Positions 1 to 10,822 of a DNA stretch of 64,000 nucleotides are shown here, piece by piece. This DNA is from Bugula neritina. Taxonomy: Eukaryota; Animalia; Bryozoa. A program made the position numbers and the translations under genes. How positions within the stretch are numbered: the stretch's first letter is position 1; each line of letters begins with the position of its first letter. The stretch is taken from assembly GCA_964035545.1 (NCBI GenBank), contig OZ037765.1:20274995-20338994 (forward strand), in the 5' to 3' direction. The notes beneath the pieces were generated by a model that saw only the letters and a program-made list of their open reading frames with translations, did not search any database and was not told the origin of the DNA.

Positions 1-352
1 TTATACCAAGTCCTTGTTTTCTTCTACAGAGAAACTACAAAGAATAAATATAATGGTATATTTCTTTAAAAAATTTGAAGTTATTACATATTTATGTAAG
101 TTCTACTTATACAACAAGATCTGAACAAGACACATGTGGCATGGTGTTAATGCTCAAATACACAAAACAACACATTAAGGAAGTGAAATGGTATTAAACA
201 ACTGCTAACCTTGCACTTGCTGATAAGAACGCGTGCAATATTTTGATGTATATAAAACTACAGTAACATCGAGACTCTACAAAAGAATTCAACAATTGAA
301 AAATAATGAGCAAGTGACATTTTGTGAAACAAATAATATACTTGGGGGCAAA

Positions 353-405
353 TCAGAAACAAGGAATTGCATATCTACAGTATTTTCAGAGAAAATTATC
401 ATCGG
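353..405 (-). ncRNA. Degenerate snR57-like box C/D snoRNA copy (variant or pseudogene)
   Basis: Minus strand has C box CCGATGA (mutated), D' CTGA, and guide AATTCCTTGTTT before D box CTGA. The +5 guide base is T rather than the C of the other copies. Confidence 0.6.
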
Positions 406-570
406 GTATACCATAAATAAATATATACCACAAGTCAAACAAATGATAGTTTACCTCAATGCAGACAGGTTTTTTGGATTCAAGAGGAAACCTTGTATAA
501 TCTATAAACATACACACAAGGTTAGCAAATAAACATTGTGCCCCATAGTGTAGACCAGACTATGGTGAGT

Positions 571-640
571 TTACTTCAGATTACCAAGTATCAACACTGT
601 GTCACTGACAGGGATAACAATATTCATCATTGAAATGTAA
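571..640 (-). ncRNA. Box C/D snoRNA, snR38/SNORD1-like (28S rRNA guide)
   Basis: C box ATGATGA (624-630), guide GTTATCCCTGT complementary to conserved 28S ACAGGGAUAAC, C' GTGTTGA, D box CTGA (576-579), terminal stem TTAC/GTAA. Confidence 0.85.
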
Positions 641-1164
641 GTAGTGGAACTGTTCACACAAATTGCAAGTTTTCAAGCCACAAACTATTATATCAAGGGT
701 CACAGAAATGGGTTAAGCTATGGAAGCCATCCAATGGTAAAGAACATAACTACAACATACTGTTTGGTTGGCATTATGCACATGCAGGTGAACTTTACTA
801 GCCTCAACTTATGGTGGTGTTATAAAAACACTAGACGATTATCTCAGATCTCAACAAACTTTAAGTCACCATTAAATTTTTTTTGCAGACTTTGGTTAAA
901 TTGTCTCCGACATTGCATTTGAAGGGCACCGCCTATTGTGGCGCATAATTTCAACTGCTAAGTAAATTTTTTGATAAACTAAGCCTTAGGCAGACGAGAT
1001 TTATAACTCAAGGTCAACTTACTTGACTCATTTCTTGACTCCAATGGTTTCAACACAACTTCAAGAGATCACAGGATACTCGCAAACCTGAAACAAAACT
1101 TGGTGTCCATTACCGTCATATAAAATAGCAGCAGCAGCAGCTCACCAGCTATATCTTTAGACTA

Positions 1165-1227
1165 GTGCATGTCAGAAACGAGGAATTTATCCACAAAGGT
1201 GTTCAGAGAAGTAATCATCATGTGCAC
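1165..1227 (-). ncRNA. Box C/D snoRNA, snR57-like (18S rRNA guide)
   Basis: C box ATGATGA (1215-1221), D' CTGA, guide AATTCCTCGTT complementary to 18S AACGAGGAAUU, D box CTGA (1172-1175), terminal stem GTGCA/TGCAC. Confidence 0.85.
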
Positions 1228-1388
1228 AATAATATGAATAGTGAGTAAAGCAGCAATCAGTTACCTTAATTTGCATCAATTATCATCTTGAGGGATCAGA
1301 TTCATGGCTAACCTGAAAATAAAGGACACTTGGTTATTAGCCACATAACATTGCACATGTCGGCTACCTAGAGTGCAGTTATTTCGCT

Positions 1389-1443
1389 TCAGTATACCAA
1401 ACATCAACACTGTGTGTCTGACAGGGATAACAAAATTCATCAT
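1389..1443 (-). ncRNA. Box C/D snoRNA, snR38/SNORD1-like (28S rRNA guide)
   Basis: C box ATGATGA (1437-1443), guide GTTATCCCTGT followed by D' CAGA, C' GTGTTGA, D box CTGA (1389-1392). Confidence 0.85.
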
Positions 1444-1700
1444 AGTAGCAGATGGAAAACAACTAAAAATAGGTAAATTGATTGCAACAGCAGTAAAAGG
1501 TTTGCAGCATCAACTTTACATAAATGAGGTAAACTATACTACAAAAACGAACTAAAGTATTTGCAATTTACCTGGTGATCAATAAGTGACTCCCTTCCCA
1601 AATCATCAACATAGAAGTGTGGTCTAAAATAAAGAAATGAGCTGATAAGTTTTTATGTAACTGAATGAAAAGTTGGATCACTGGAGCAAGACTTTACTTC

Positions 1701-1766
1701 GGTGCTATCAGAAACGAGGAATTGTATCCACATGGATCTTCAGGGGAATTAATCATCATTCGCACC
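1701..1766 (-). ncRNA. Box C/D snoRNA, snR57-like (18S rRNA guide)
   Basis: C box 1753-1759, guide AATTCCTCGTT, D box 1708-1711, terminal stem GGTGC/GCACC. Confidence 0.85.
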
Positions 1767-1977
1767 ATAAATAAAAGGTTTGCAGCATCAACTTTACATA
1801 AAGTGAGGTAAACTATGCTACAAAAACAAAATAAATTATTTGCAATTTACCTGGTGACCAATAAGCCACTTCCTTCCCACCCAAATCGTCAACATAGAGC
1901 TGTGGTCTAAAATAAAGAAATGAGCTGATTAATGTAACTGAATGAAAAGTTGGATCACTGGAGCAAGACTTCACTGC

Positions 1978-2043
1978 GGTGCAATCAGAAACGAGGAATT
2001 GTATCCACATGGATCTTCAGGGGAATTAATCATCATTCGCACC
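1978..2043 (-). ncRNA. Box C/D snoRNA, snR57-like (18S rRNA guide)
   Basis: C box 2030-2036, guide AATTCCTCGTT, D box 1985-1988, terminal stem GGTGC/GCACC. Confidence 0.85.
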
Positions 2044-2249
2044 ATAAATTAAAGGTTTTCAGCATCAACTTTACATAAAGTGAGGTAAACTATGCTACAA
2101 AACGAACTAAAGTATTTGCAATTTACCTGGTGATCAATAAGTGACTCCCTTCCCAAATCATCAACATAGAAGTGTGGTCTAAAATAAAGAAATGAGCTGA
2201 TTAATGTAACTGAATGAAAAGTTGGATCACTAGTGCAAGACTTCACTTC

Positions 2250-2315
2250 GGTGCAATCAGAAACGAGGAATTGTATCTACATGGATTTTCAGGGGAATTA
2301 ATCATCATTCGCACC
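2250..2315 (-). ncRNA. Box C/D snoRNA, snR57-like (18S rRNA guide)
   Basis: C box 2302-2308, guide AATTCCTCGTT, D box 2257-2260, terminal stem GGTGC/GCACC. Confidence 0.85.
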
Positions 2316-2481
2316 ATAAATTAACATTATAACAGGCTTTTGAAAATTTACCTATTGGGAACTGCCTTCTTTAGCTTCTGAATACCACACACCATTGATG
2401 ACCTGAAAAATTGAGAGAAGACAGTGAGTGCACCAGCAAGCAAATCAACGGAAATTACTATTTAGTTTTGTGAGGTTCATT

Positions 2482-2536
2482 TCAGTATACCAAGTATCAA
2501 CACTGTGTCACTGACAGGGATAACAATATTCATCAC
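2482..2536 (-). ncRNA. Box C/D snoRNA, snR38/SNORD1-like (28S rRNA guide)
   Basis: C box GTGATGA (2530-2536), guide GTTATCCCTGT, C' GTGTTGA, D box CTGA (2482-2485). Confidence 0.85.
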
Positions 2537-2788
2537 GATAGCATATGGCAAACAACTAAAAGTAGGTAAATTGATTGCAACAGCAGTAAAAGGTTTGCAG
2601 CACCAACTTTACATAAAGTGAGGTAAACTATGCTACAAAAACTAACTGAAGTATTTGCAATTTACCTGGTGATCAATAAGTGACTCCCTTCCCAAATCAT
2701 CAACATAGAAGTGTGGTCTAAAATAAAGAAATGAGCTGATAAATGTAACTGAATGAAAATTTGGATCACTAGAGTAAGACTTCACTTC

Positions 2789-2854
2789 GGTGCTATCAGA
2801 AACGAGGAATTGTATCCACATGGATCTTCAGGGGAATTAATCATCATTCGCACC
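2789..2854 (-). ncRNA. Box C/D snoRNA, snR57-like (18S rRNA guide)
   Basis: C box 2841-2847, guide AATTCCTCGTT, D box 2796-2799, terminal stem GGTGC/GCACC. Confidence 0.85.
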
Positions 2855-3013
2855 ATAAATTAATATTACAACAGGCTTTTGAAAATTTACCTATTGGGAA
2901 CTGCCTTCTTTAGCTTCTGAATACCACACCATTGGTGATCTGAAAAATTGAGAGAAGACAGTGAGTGCACCAGCAATCAATCAACGGAAATTACCATTTA
3001 GTTTTGTGAGGTT

Positions 3014-3079
3014 CATTTCAGTATACCAAGTATCAACACTGTGTGACTGACAGGGATAACAATATTCATCATTGTAATG
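3014..3079 (-). ncRNA. Box C/D snoRNA, snR38/SNORD1-like (28S rRNA guide)
   Basis: C box ATGATGA (3066-3072), guide GTTATCCCTGT, D box CTGA (3018-3021), terminal stem CATT/AATG. Confidence 0.85.
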
Positions 3080-3385
3080 GCAATTCATTCATTCTGTGTA
3101 AGCTGAATCAATTAGTAACAACTCACCATACCATCAGCAGCTACACCCAAGTATCTACAAGAACAAAAGAAGTTGGTCTACAGTGTTTGACTTGCAGACA
3201 TCATCCTTGAATTTGTACATATTTCATCACCATTACAACTCATGGATCACAAAAAATGACAATTTGCACAGGACACTACAAGAAATAGATAATAGGCAAC
3301 AACACTTGAATTGCTATTTGACAAATTAAAAATCTAGTTAAAATAAAATACTTACTATAAAAGTGAAAATCTAGTAAACGTAAAG

Positions 3386-3434
3386 CAGAAAGAACTTGCA
3401 GAAATTTTGATAACCAAAATAGAGTTGGTTTATA
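3386..3434 (-). promoter_or_regulatory. Putative TCT/5'TOP core promoter of the snoRNA host gene
   Basis: GTTC(+1, 3392)TTTCTG is identical to the RPLP0 start motif. TATAAA at 3429-3434 sits at similar spacing to the RPLP0 TATA-like box. A GTAAGT donor follows at 3350-3355. Confidence 0.55.
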
Positions 3435-3537
3435 GGATAAGGGCAAACATGAGTTAGAGCTGATCAACTGCATTTATTATTACAAAATGATGTTACAAAC
3501 AATCAACAGTTGTCAATATTGATAACACAGACGAGGA

Positions 3538-4915
3538 CTAGTCAAACAATCCGAATCCCATATCATCATCTTCTGACTCAGACTCGACGGCTGCAGCGGC
3601 AGCAGCTGGGGCCTCCGAGGCAGCAGCAGCTACAGGAGCAGCCACAGCAGCTGCAAACTTGCTGGGGTCAGCCAAGTACTCCTTCAAGGTCTTGGCTTCT
3701 TCAAACTCAATATCTGTCACTGCAGCAACAGCCAGCAGTTTCTTGAAGCCGTTGACGATTGAGTGAGGAACAGAAGCGACAGTTGGGTAGTTGATAGCGA
3801 GAGAGAGGCTAGCAACACGGGCCACACCCTGAAGCATAAATTCACAGAATCACAATACTTGTGAAATTAATAGTGGGGTGCAGGTTCATCATCCAATTTT
3901 TAATAGCCTATAATCCATATGGCCACAAGATATCCATGTTATCACACTTTACAATCAGTTACGCAGAAGATTTCCAATATAATTATTAAAAGAGAAGTGA
4001 ACCATCAAGAACATACTTGAATACTGGACACATTAAAGGGTACATATATGTGCAATCAGCAAACCTTCATGAAAGTTTCTCTGATCTGATCATCAGTAAT
4101 GTCCAGAATTTCAGGATCCAGAACGCTGCCATCATCGTAGATCTTCTCAATGACCAGACCATAGGTGAAGGGCGAGATACTCAACATGTTCAACAGTGTG
4201 GCTTCTGAGGCACCGACCTTTTCTCCAGCTTTGATAAGCTCAACATCTCGCTAAACATGCATAAAATAAAACCTCGATAAACATACATAAAATAATCGGT
4301 TATTACATAAAATTTGAAGTATGGAATTTTGAACTAGACAGAAAAAAGTATAAACTTCATCTCACCAAGATTTCAATGTTTCCTCTTGAAATTTTGGTTG
4401 GAATTTGCAGAGCCTGGAAGAAAGATGTTTTCTCAGGACCAAGGGGCGTGACTTGAGCAGGCACAGTGCAAGATACTGGGGCAATAGCACCAGCACGAGC
4501 AGCAGCTGGAACTTTGTTAGCCAGGATTTTGTCTCTTGTTTCTGCCAACTCCTTATCAGTGAAGACAAAACCAACATTCTGTTTTATCAGAGGTAGAAGC
4601 TTCTCCAAGTTGGGATTGGTGTCGAGGTGGCCACGGATAGCTTTCCTCATCATGGTGTTCTTTCCCAAAAGTAGTGTTGCTTCACCTGCCAGCAGCAAAA
4701 ATCATTTGTGATATTTTATAATGGTAAATTAATCAATAATGTAATATGAATTGAATTTTTAAAATAATACCTCTCAAGTCAGCTCTGATGTTCTGCATCT
4801 GCTTGGAACCAACATTGTCAACGTTGACAATAAACAATTTAGAGTACTCATCAAGCAATGAGGTGAGTTTAAGGAAGTAGTTGGACTTCCACGTTGCCTT
4901 GTCTTCCTTGACCAT
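3538..4915 (-). CDS. RPLP0: 60S acidic ribosomal protein P0 (uL10), 313 aa, 4 coding exons (4771-4915, 4366-4685, 4065-4250, 3538-3828)
   Basis: [14 protein letters not shown]..., [25 protein letters not shown] and the P-protein C-terminus [16 protein letters not shown] introns keep the frame. AATAAA at 3473-3478. Confidence 0.98.
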
Positions 4916-5424
4916 CTTGAATGTGAATCAGGGATCGTTGCACCAACGGTTTAAAGACAAGCTATCAACAGCAAAAACAAACTTTGCAAATGAATAACAT
5001 GGTTATTTTAGCACACGATATTCATATTTATTTACTTTTAGTTGTAGTTTTTTACAATTTAATTAAAAATTTAGAAATTCATAGATATCTTGAGAAATTA
5101 ACTTTTTTTATACACGATGACGATTTGAATTGCCGCCCACATTTTTAACTCAAGGTGAATACTGAGTGATTACCTGATGGTGATAATGATTACCATAACA
5201 TTAACTCAATAACTGTAACACGAACAGGCCAAGTGACTAACTTCAACATAATCGAAATATTAATGTATTAAGCATTTAAACGACTGAAACAGCATAATAG
5301 GAGTAGACTGAAGCCAAGACTTGAGACTGGAAATACCTAATTACCGCATTTTATGTTGCAATATAAAAAGCCAGCAGAAATTATGCCAAATGTGCAGGAA
5401 CAAAAAAACTAACGTGTTGCTTAC

Positions 5425-5486
5425 CTAAAATGGCTGATCAGAAAGAACGTCCACGTGACTAAGAAACCTCTTTTGCGCCTTTTATG
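5425..5486 (-). promoter_or_regulatory. RPLP0 non-coding exon 1 and TCT core promoter
   Basis: TTC(+1, 5445)TTTCT TCT motif, GTAA donor at 5421-5424, E-box CACGTG at 5452-5457, TATA-like CATAAAAG at 5479-5486. Confidence 0.75.
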
Positions 5487-5899
5487 TGTGAAAGCAGGGC
5501 AATAATCAGTGGAGTTGTCTTTCACAAATTTACCCGAGGCGCAGGCAAAAATTAATTGTAGCGTCTAGCCGCAACTCCAGATCGTAAAAATATGTTCATT
5601 AGCAAAAACTGCACCAAAATGTGAAAGATGGTGAGTTTCATAGCCTCACGTAAATTTGTTAGCCGGGTTGCCTGCGCTAGAACAACGCTATGATTTTAGT
5701 ATAACTAACTGTATAACATTAACAGCTACATCCTAATAACTTTTATTATTATTAATAATGATGATGATAATTATAATATTGATGACTAAATTTAATATTT
5801 CAATTTATAATTACTGATACTATTGCATTTACTAATAGTTATAATAATAATAATGATAACATTAAATTTGATAATTTATTGGTATTGCTATCATTAATC

Positions 5900-6860
5900 A
5901 TAGAGTATTACTATTAGTATTAGTATTAGTATTAGTATTAGTATCACAGTATTACTATTACTATTAGTATTACTATTACTATTAGTATTAGTATTACTAT
6001 TACTATTAGATTTAGTATTACTATTAGTATTACTATTAGTATTAGTATTAGATTTAGTTTAACTGTAAGGCTAAGTATAACTATAAGTATAAGACTGTAA
6101 CTGCAAGTGTAAGTGTAAGTATTAGTGAGTAATACTAAAACTAATAGTAATAGTAATAGTATTACTTATTAGTCATTACTTATAGTTATAGTTATTACTA
6201 TTACTTATACTATTAGTATTACTATTAACTATTAAGTATTACTATTAGTATTAGTGTTACTTAAAATTAGTAATAACTAGTAACTAATAAGTAATGACTA
6301 ACAACTACAAGTAATACTAATTGTAAACTTTAAAGGCTTAGTAGTTTTAGTACTAATAGTAATACTAATAACTAATAAGTAATAGTAATAATGATAATTG
6401 ATACTAATACTAATAGTAATAGAAATATTAGTATAACTATAAGTATTACTGTTACTGTTAGTAATAGTATTAGTAGTACTATTAGACTTGGTATTAGTAT
6501 TAATAATAATATGGCTTACAGTTAGTGTTACACTTGCTAATACTATGAAGTATGAGTATGAGCATAACTATAACTATAAGTAGTTTGAGTATAACTGTAA
6601 CTTATCAACAATAATTATGTTTATAGTATAACTATAAGTATAACTATAAGTATAGTATTAACTTTAAGTATAATCTATAAGTATAAGCGTAAGTATTACT
6701 ATTGGTAGAGAAGTGTAAGTATATAGTCATAATAATAGTAATAGTAATACTTATGCTGAAGTAGTTCTAAGACTAATAGTAATACTAATAGTGTTACTGG
6801 TAACTCTACTCTTAATCATACTCATATTCATAATGATACTCATAATGGTACTGCCTGCGG
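5900..6860. repeat. Low-complexity degenerate hexamer tract (TAGTAT/TATTAC/TAACTA)n
   Basis: Long run of interspersed ATTAGT, ATTACT, AGTAAT and AACTAT units with no credible coding frame. Confidence 0.85.
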
Positions 6861-7123
6861 CTGCAGTGTTACTGATTAATATAATTTTTGATAACAATTG
6901 TAATTTTACATTTGATCATGAACAGATCTCTTCCAAGCAGCTTAATGATTATCATAATGATGATGCATTGAAGTAATAATGAAAATGATTTATAAAATGA
7001 ATTTTTGATTTGTAAATCTAGGAAGTTGTGGTTTCATCCCAGATAGACGCTTCTCAGTTAAACGCTACCCACCTAGACACTTTCCACATGAACGCTTCCC
7101 AGTTAGAAGCTCTTTTTATTTTG

Positions 7124-7127
<4 letters not shown>

Positions 7128-7215
<88 letters not shown>

Positions 7216-7262
7216 TATATACATATATATATACATATGCATACACATATATACATATATAT
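7128..7262. repeat. (TA)n microsatellite
   Basis: Pure, then CA-interrupted, TA run. Confidence 0.97.
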
Positions 7263-7314
7263 TTGGTACTGATACAATTTTGGATATAAAAATAAACTTA
7301 TATATTCATTTTAT

Positions 7315-7361
7315 CGACTACATTATTGTTTCACGTAGTGCAAGCTACGATCATCAGGTCG
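7315..7361 (-). ncRNA. Minimal type I hammerhead ribozyme (3' pLTR copy)
   Basis: CGAC-CUGAUGA-UCGUAG cuugca CUACGU-GAAAC-AAUAAU-GUA-GUCG. Stem III palindrome has one mismatch. Confidence 0.75.
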
Positions 7362-7971
7362 TTGTGTGTACGGTTGAGTGATTTTGTTTTGAAATTAGCA
7401 TTGTTTATGTATCGCTACGCTGGAATGTCTTAACTAGCGTCTGTTAAATGCGCAAGTAAAAATCTACGCTTATGTCTGCACGTGGTGGAGAGCTCTTTTC
7501 ATTTGTTGGGGGAGGATAATTCTGTTTGTTTTAAAATTATATATTTCTCATAGCTGCATAAGTTACATCTGTTGGTTAGGTTTGAGTATGATTTGCAAAT
7601 TTCTAAATTATTCCATTTTAAGCTGAATTTCGTGTTGTTGTCTTTTAAATTCCAGATGTGTCTGCTGAGTTGTGTGCTGTTGGCTTTATCTGCATGTAGG
7701 AAAGAGGCTTTATGGTTATTGAATCTAGTTTTGAAGGTAGTCGAACAGAGTCCTATGTATGAATGGCCAGAATTATTGTCATGTCTTGTCACAGTTGCTT
7801 GGTATATTACGTCTTTGTATAAGCATTTACCATTTAATATTTTTCATATAATATTTTTAATATTATTGATGGCTCGAATCAACACAAACTTAAAACCGCA
7901 CACATCCTACTACCGCTACTAAACTAAATGACACACAATGTAACTGCAAACAACCTTCTCACTGTCCACAA

Positions 7972-8018
7972 CGACCTGATGATCGTAGCTTGCACTACGT
8001 GAAACAATATTGTAGTCG
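7972..8018 (+). ncRNA. Minimal type I hammerhead ribozyme (inverted pLTR copy)
   Basis: Stem I CGAC/GUCG, core CUGAUGA, stem II CGUAG/CUACG, GAAA, palindromic stem III ACAAUAUUGU, cleavage triplet GUA (8012-8014). Confidence 0.85.
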
Positions 8019-8132
8019 ATACAATGAAGATATAAGTTTATTTTTATATCCAAAGTTGTATCAGTACCAAATATAAATACTCTATTTTTCGAAATATTGA
8101 GTTCTTTTGATTCATTTTTTAATTATAGAAAC

Positions 8133-8424
<292 letters not shown>

Positions 8425-9531
8425 TGATATAGATGTGGTATTGGTTGCTAAACATGAAACAATAGTTAATATGAATTATCCGGAATGATATTCCAGTTTT
8501 CGCGTATTTGTGTGGAAAAATAAAAACAGTAACACATCAATAATAGACATTATCTTCAATGAATACTTATTGATGAAATATTTTTTCAAACAACAAAACA
8601 TATCGAAAATGCAAAATTAATAAGTTAATGCAGATCATAGGAATTCATTTAAAAATTAAAGAAAATCCAATAATGCAAAAATATACATATTTCAATAACA
8701 TTCAAATAAGCTGCATATAAAATACATATATTGTTCCAAAATCAATAAATAAATAACTGGGAAGCGTCGATGTGAGAAGGGTCCAAGTGGGAAATTTAGC
8801 CTAGCATCTAATTGGGAAGCGTCTATCTGGGATGACACCGAAGTATCATTTTCATTTTTCAGATGAGGAATGAAGTCAAAATAAGAGCAAACATGAAGGT
8901 TGCAACAATGATTTAAAGTTTATACCAATTCCATACATTCATTTCAATATTATTTTATCAAAAATGGAATGTATTTGAAATAAAAATCTCATGGCTGCAG
9001 TAGCAAAGAATTTAAAAACTTCAATTATCTATATAAACTTTCTTTGGAGTTGCAGATCTTAAATTTAACAAAGTATATATTTTTTTGCTACATATTTACC
9101 TTTAATTTAGGCCTAAGGCCTTTTCAGCTTTTTGTCTCAGTCATTATTACAAACCCAATAGATTCAAATCATACCCTCAAACTGTTATTAACTTTAAGCC
9201 ATAAAGTTTCAACATTTTTCTTTCTATCAATTTAATTCATCACCTTTTGACTAAACCCCATCCAGTAAATGTAATGCAAGCCTTCAGATTTGATTGAACA
9301 ATCTATGATATTGTTTGTTGTAATCTTTACATAGGGAAAAATGCTAATCAATTGCATATATCAAATGTAAACTTGCACACACATTTCAAGATTTCCCTAT
9401 CCGGCTTTTAAATTACTAGTGTAGGGTGTCAATATATTTTAATATACATTGAATAAGCAAATGTAAAGTTTGTGCTACATGCATTACATATTAAGTATGT
9501 TGATGTAGATTGTGGTTTCCTCCATTACAGC

Positions 9532-10822
9532 ATGCCTGATAGATATGGAAAGTATTCATACTTTGACACACCTGATGGGCAAGATGCCCACAAGAAAGCT
9601 TGGTATCTTTGCAAGAATCTGGGAAAGTTAGGTTAGCTATTGTAATATCAATTTTATTACTGTTAAATAGATATTTATCTATATTACATTTATAGATCTC
9701 CTTTTTTTCACATAATTATTATGATTATTATCCAATACAGCTTTGATGTCAAATACAGTTTCATTATTCTATCATTGCCATAACAGTTTGTAGAGTTTTT
9801 TTTTATATTTTAGAATAAATTTTACAGGGGTTACATTGTTGATTGAAACCACTATAGGCTGCAAAAAGCATTGCATTTTCACTGTCTCCTATTGCAAAGC
9901 CGAAATTAAAGTTGCGCACATTAATAAATTTTCTATTTTGCAGGCTTCATCACTGGTACACTTGATGCATTGAATATAACAAAAGCTCAGACGAAAATGG
10001 GCGTGCTGCTAGTTTATGGCAAGCACATGGGATTGCTAGGTGAATTTGACATAATTATTATCTCTGCTCATCAACTTCTGTTAGCAATTGCAAAAAATCT
10101 GCTTTTGGCTGGTTCTGTATTGATTTTATATGTAGCTCCAAAACTAGTTCTCTTTTATAAAAGTGTGAAATGCTCCAGATTTAAAGCCGCCAAACTTTCA
10201 TTAGCCGATGGTCATGTAGTAATTTGAGATATTTTTTCTCATTTTGCTGATGAGAAAATGCTTACTTTGATTTTCTGCAAATTGTTTCAGCATGTAACTT
10301 TCAATTTTTTGTTGACTTTGTGTTGGAAATTAACGTCCATTTTTAATTGAATTTCAAATCAAGTTTGCTTTGTTTTAGTTGGGGCTGGCTTAGCCTTTAC
10401 AGCTGCTACCACTATTAGCTTGGATCTTCGAAAGAAAGATGATGAAGTAAATCATGTAATGGGAGCAGTTGCTGTCAGCTCTCTATTTGCTGCTTACAGT
10501 AAGCTGCTATTCAAGTGTTTAATTTCAATTTTAGACTCGTAACCTACTAAGGGTTTGTAATACATGACTTTTATTTTCAGCTGCAAGTCCATTTGTGATG
10601 GCTTCGCTTATTGGTATCACAGTACCATTGGCATATTTGAACAAGACTGCTTTTATGGACGGAGTTAGCCCATGGCATGACTTCAGAAGGGTTCCTAAGA
10701 CAGAATATCCCATTACATATTACAATTTTGAGCTGGACAAAAGGGAGGATACCATAAAGAAACGCTACGATGAAAAAAACGAAGAGTACTTTAAAAAATT
10801 AAATCTAGACTCTAAAGTTTAA
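9532..10822 (+). CDS. NDUFA11: NADH dehydrogenase 1 alpha subcomplex subunit 11-like (Tim17-fold); exons 9532-9631, 9944-10039, 10379-10498, 10581-10822
   Basis: Spliced frame MPDRYGKYSYFDTPDGQDAHKK...AFTAATTISLDLRKKDDEVNHVMGA...; the 'D.PDG.D' and 'LR.KDD..N...G' motifs are typical of NDUFA11. Canonical GT-AG introns keep the frame. Confidence 0.85.

Larger units (their letters stand above)
276..3392 (-). ncRNA. Non-coding snoRNA host gene (SNHG/UHG/GAS5-type) with short exons; 3' end not resolved
   Basis: Minus-strand AG/GT-bounded mini-exons at 3356-3392, 3127-3154, 2891-2939, 2666-2717, 2352-2402, 2127-2178, 1851-1906, 1572-1623, 1265-1312, 1023-1087, 455-501, plus an exon starting at 276. 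Each intron after the first holds one C/D snoRNA whose D box lies about 72-82 nt from the 3' splice site. ATGs in the 5' exons hit stops within ~14 codons. Confidence 0.8.
7258..8075 (-). mobile_element. 5'-truncated Penelope-like retroelement: GIY-YIG endonuclease remnant flanked by ~110-bp inverted pseudo-LTR copies
   Basis: Minus frame around 7499-7830 reads KDVIYQATV...SYIGLCSTTFKTRFNNHK...LSRHIW...CNLCSYEKYII, matching the GIY-YIG/Uri motifs. 7258-7366 and 7967-8075 are inverted copies and each contains a hammerhead core. Confidence 0.85.

Noticed and set aside
3181-3232. Possible additional C/D snoRNA (GTGATGA ... ATGATG) in the first host-gene intron
   Set aside because: No CTGA D box, no convincing rRNA complement, and too close to the acceptor compared with the other ten.
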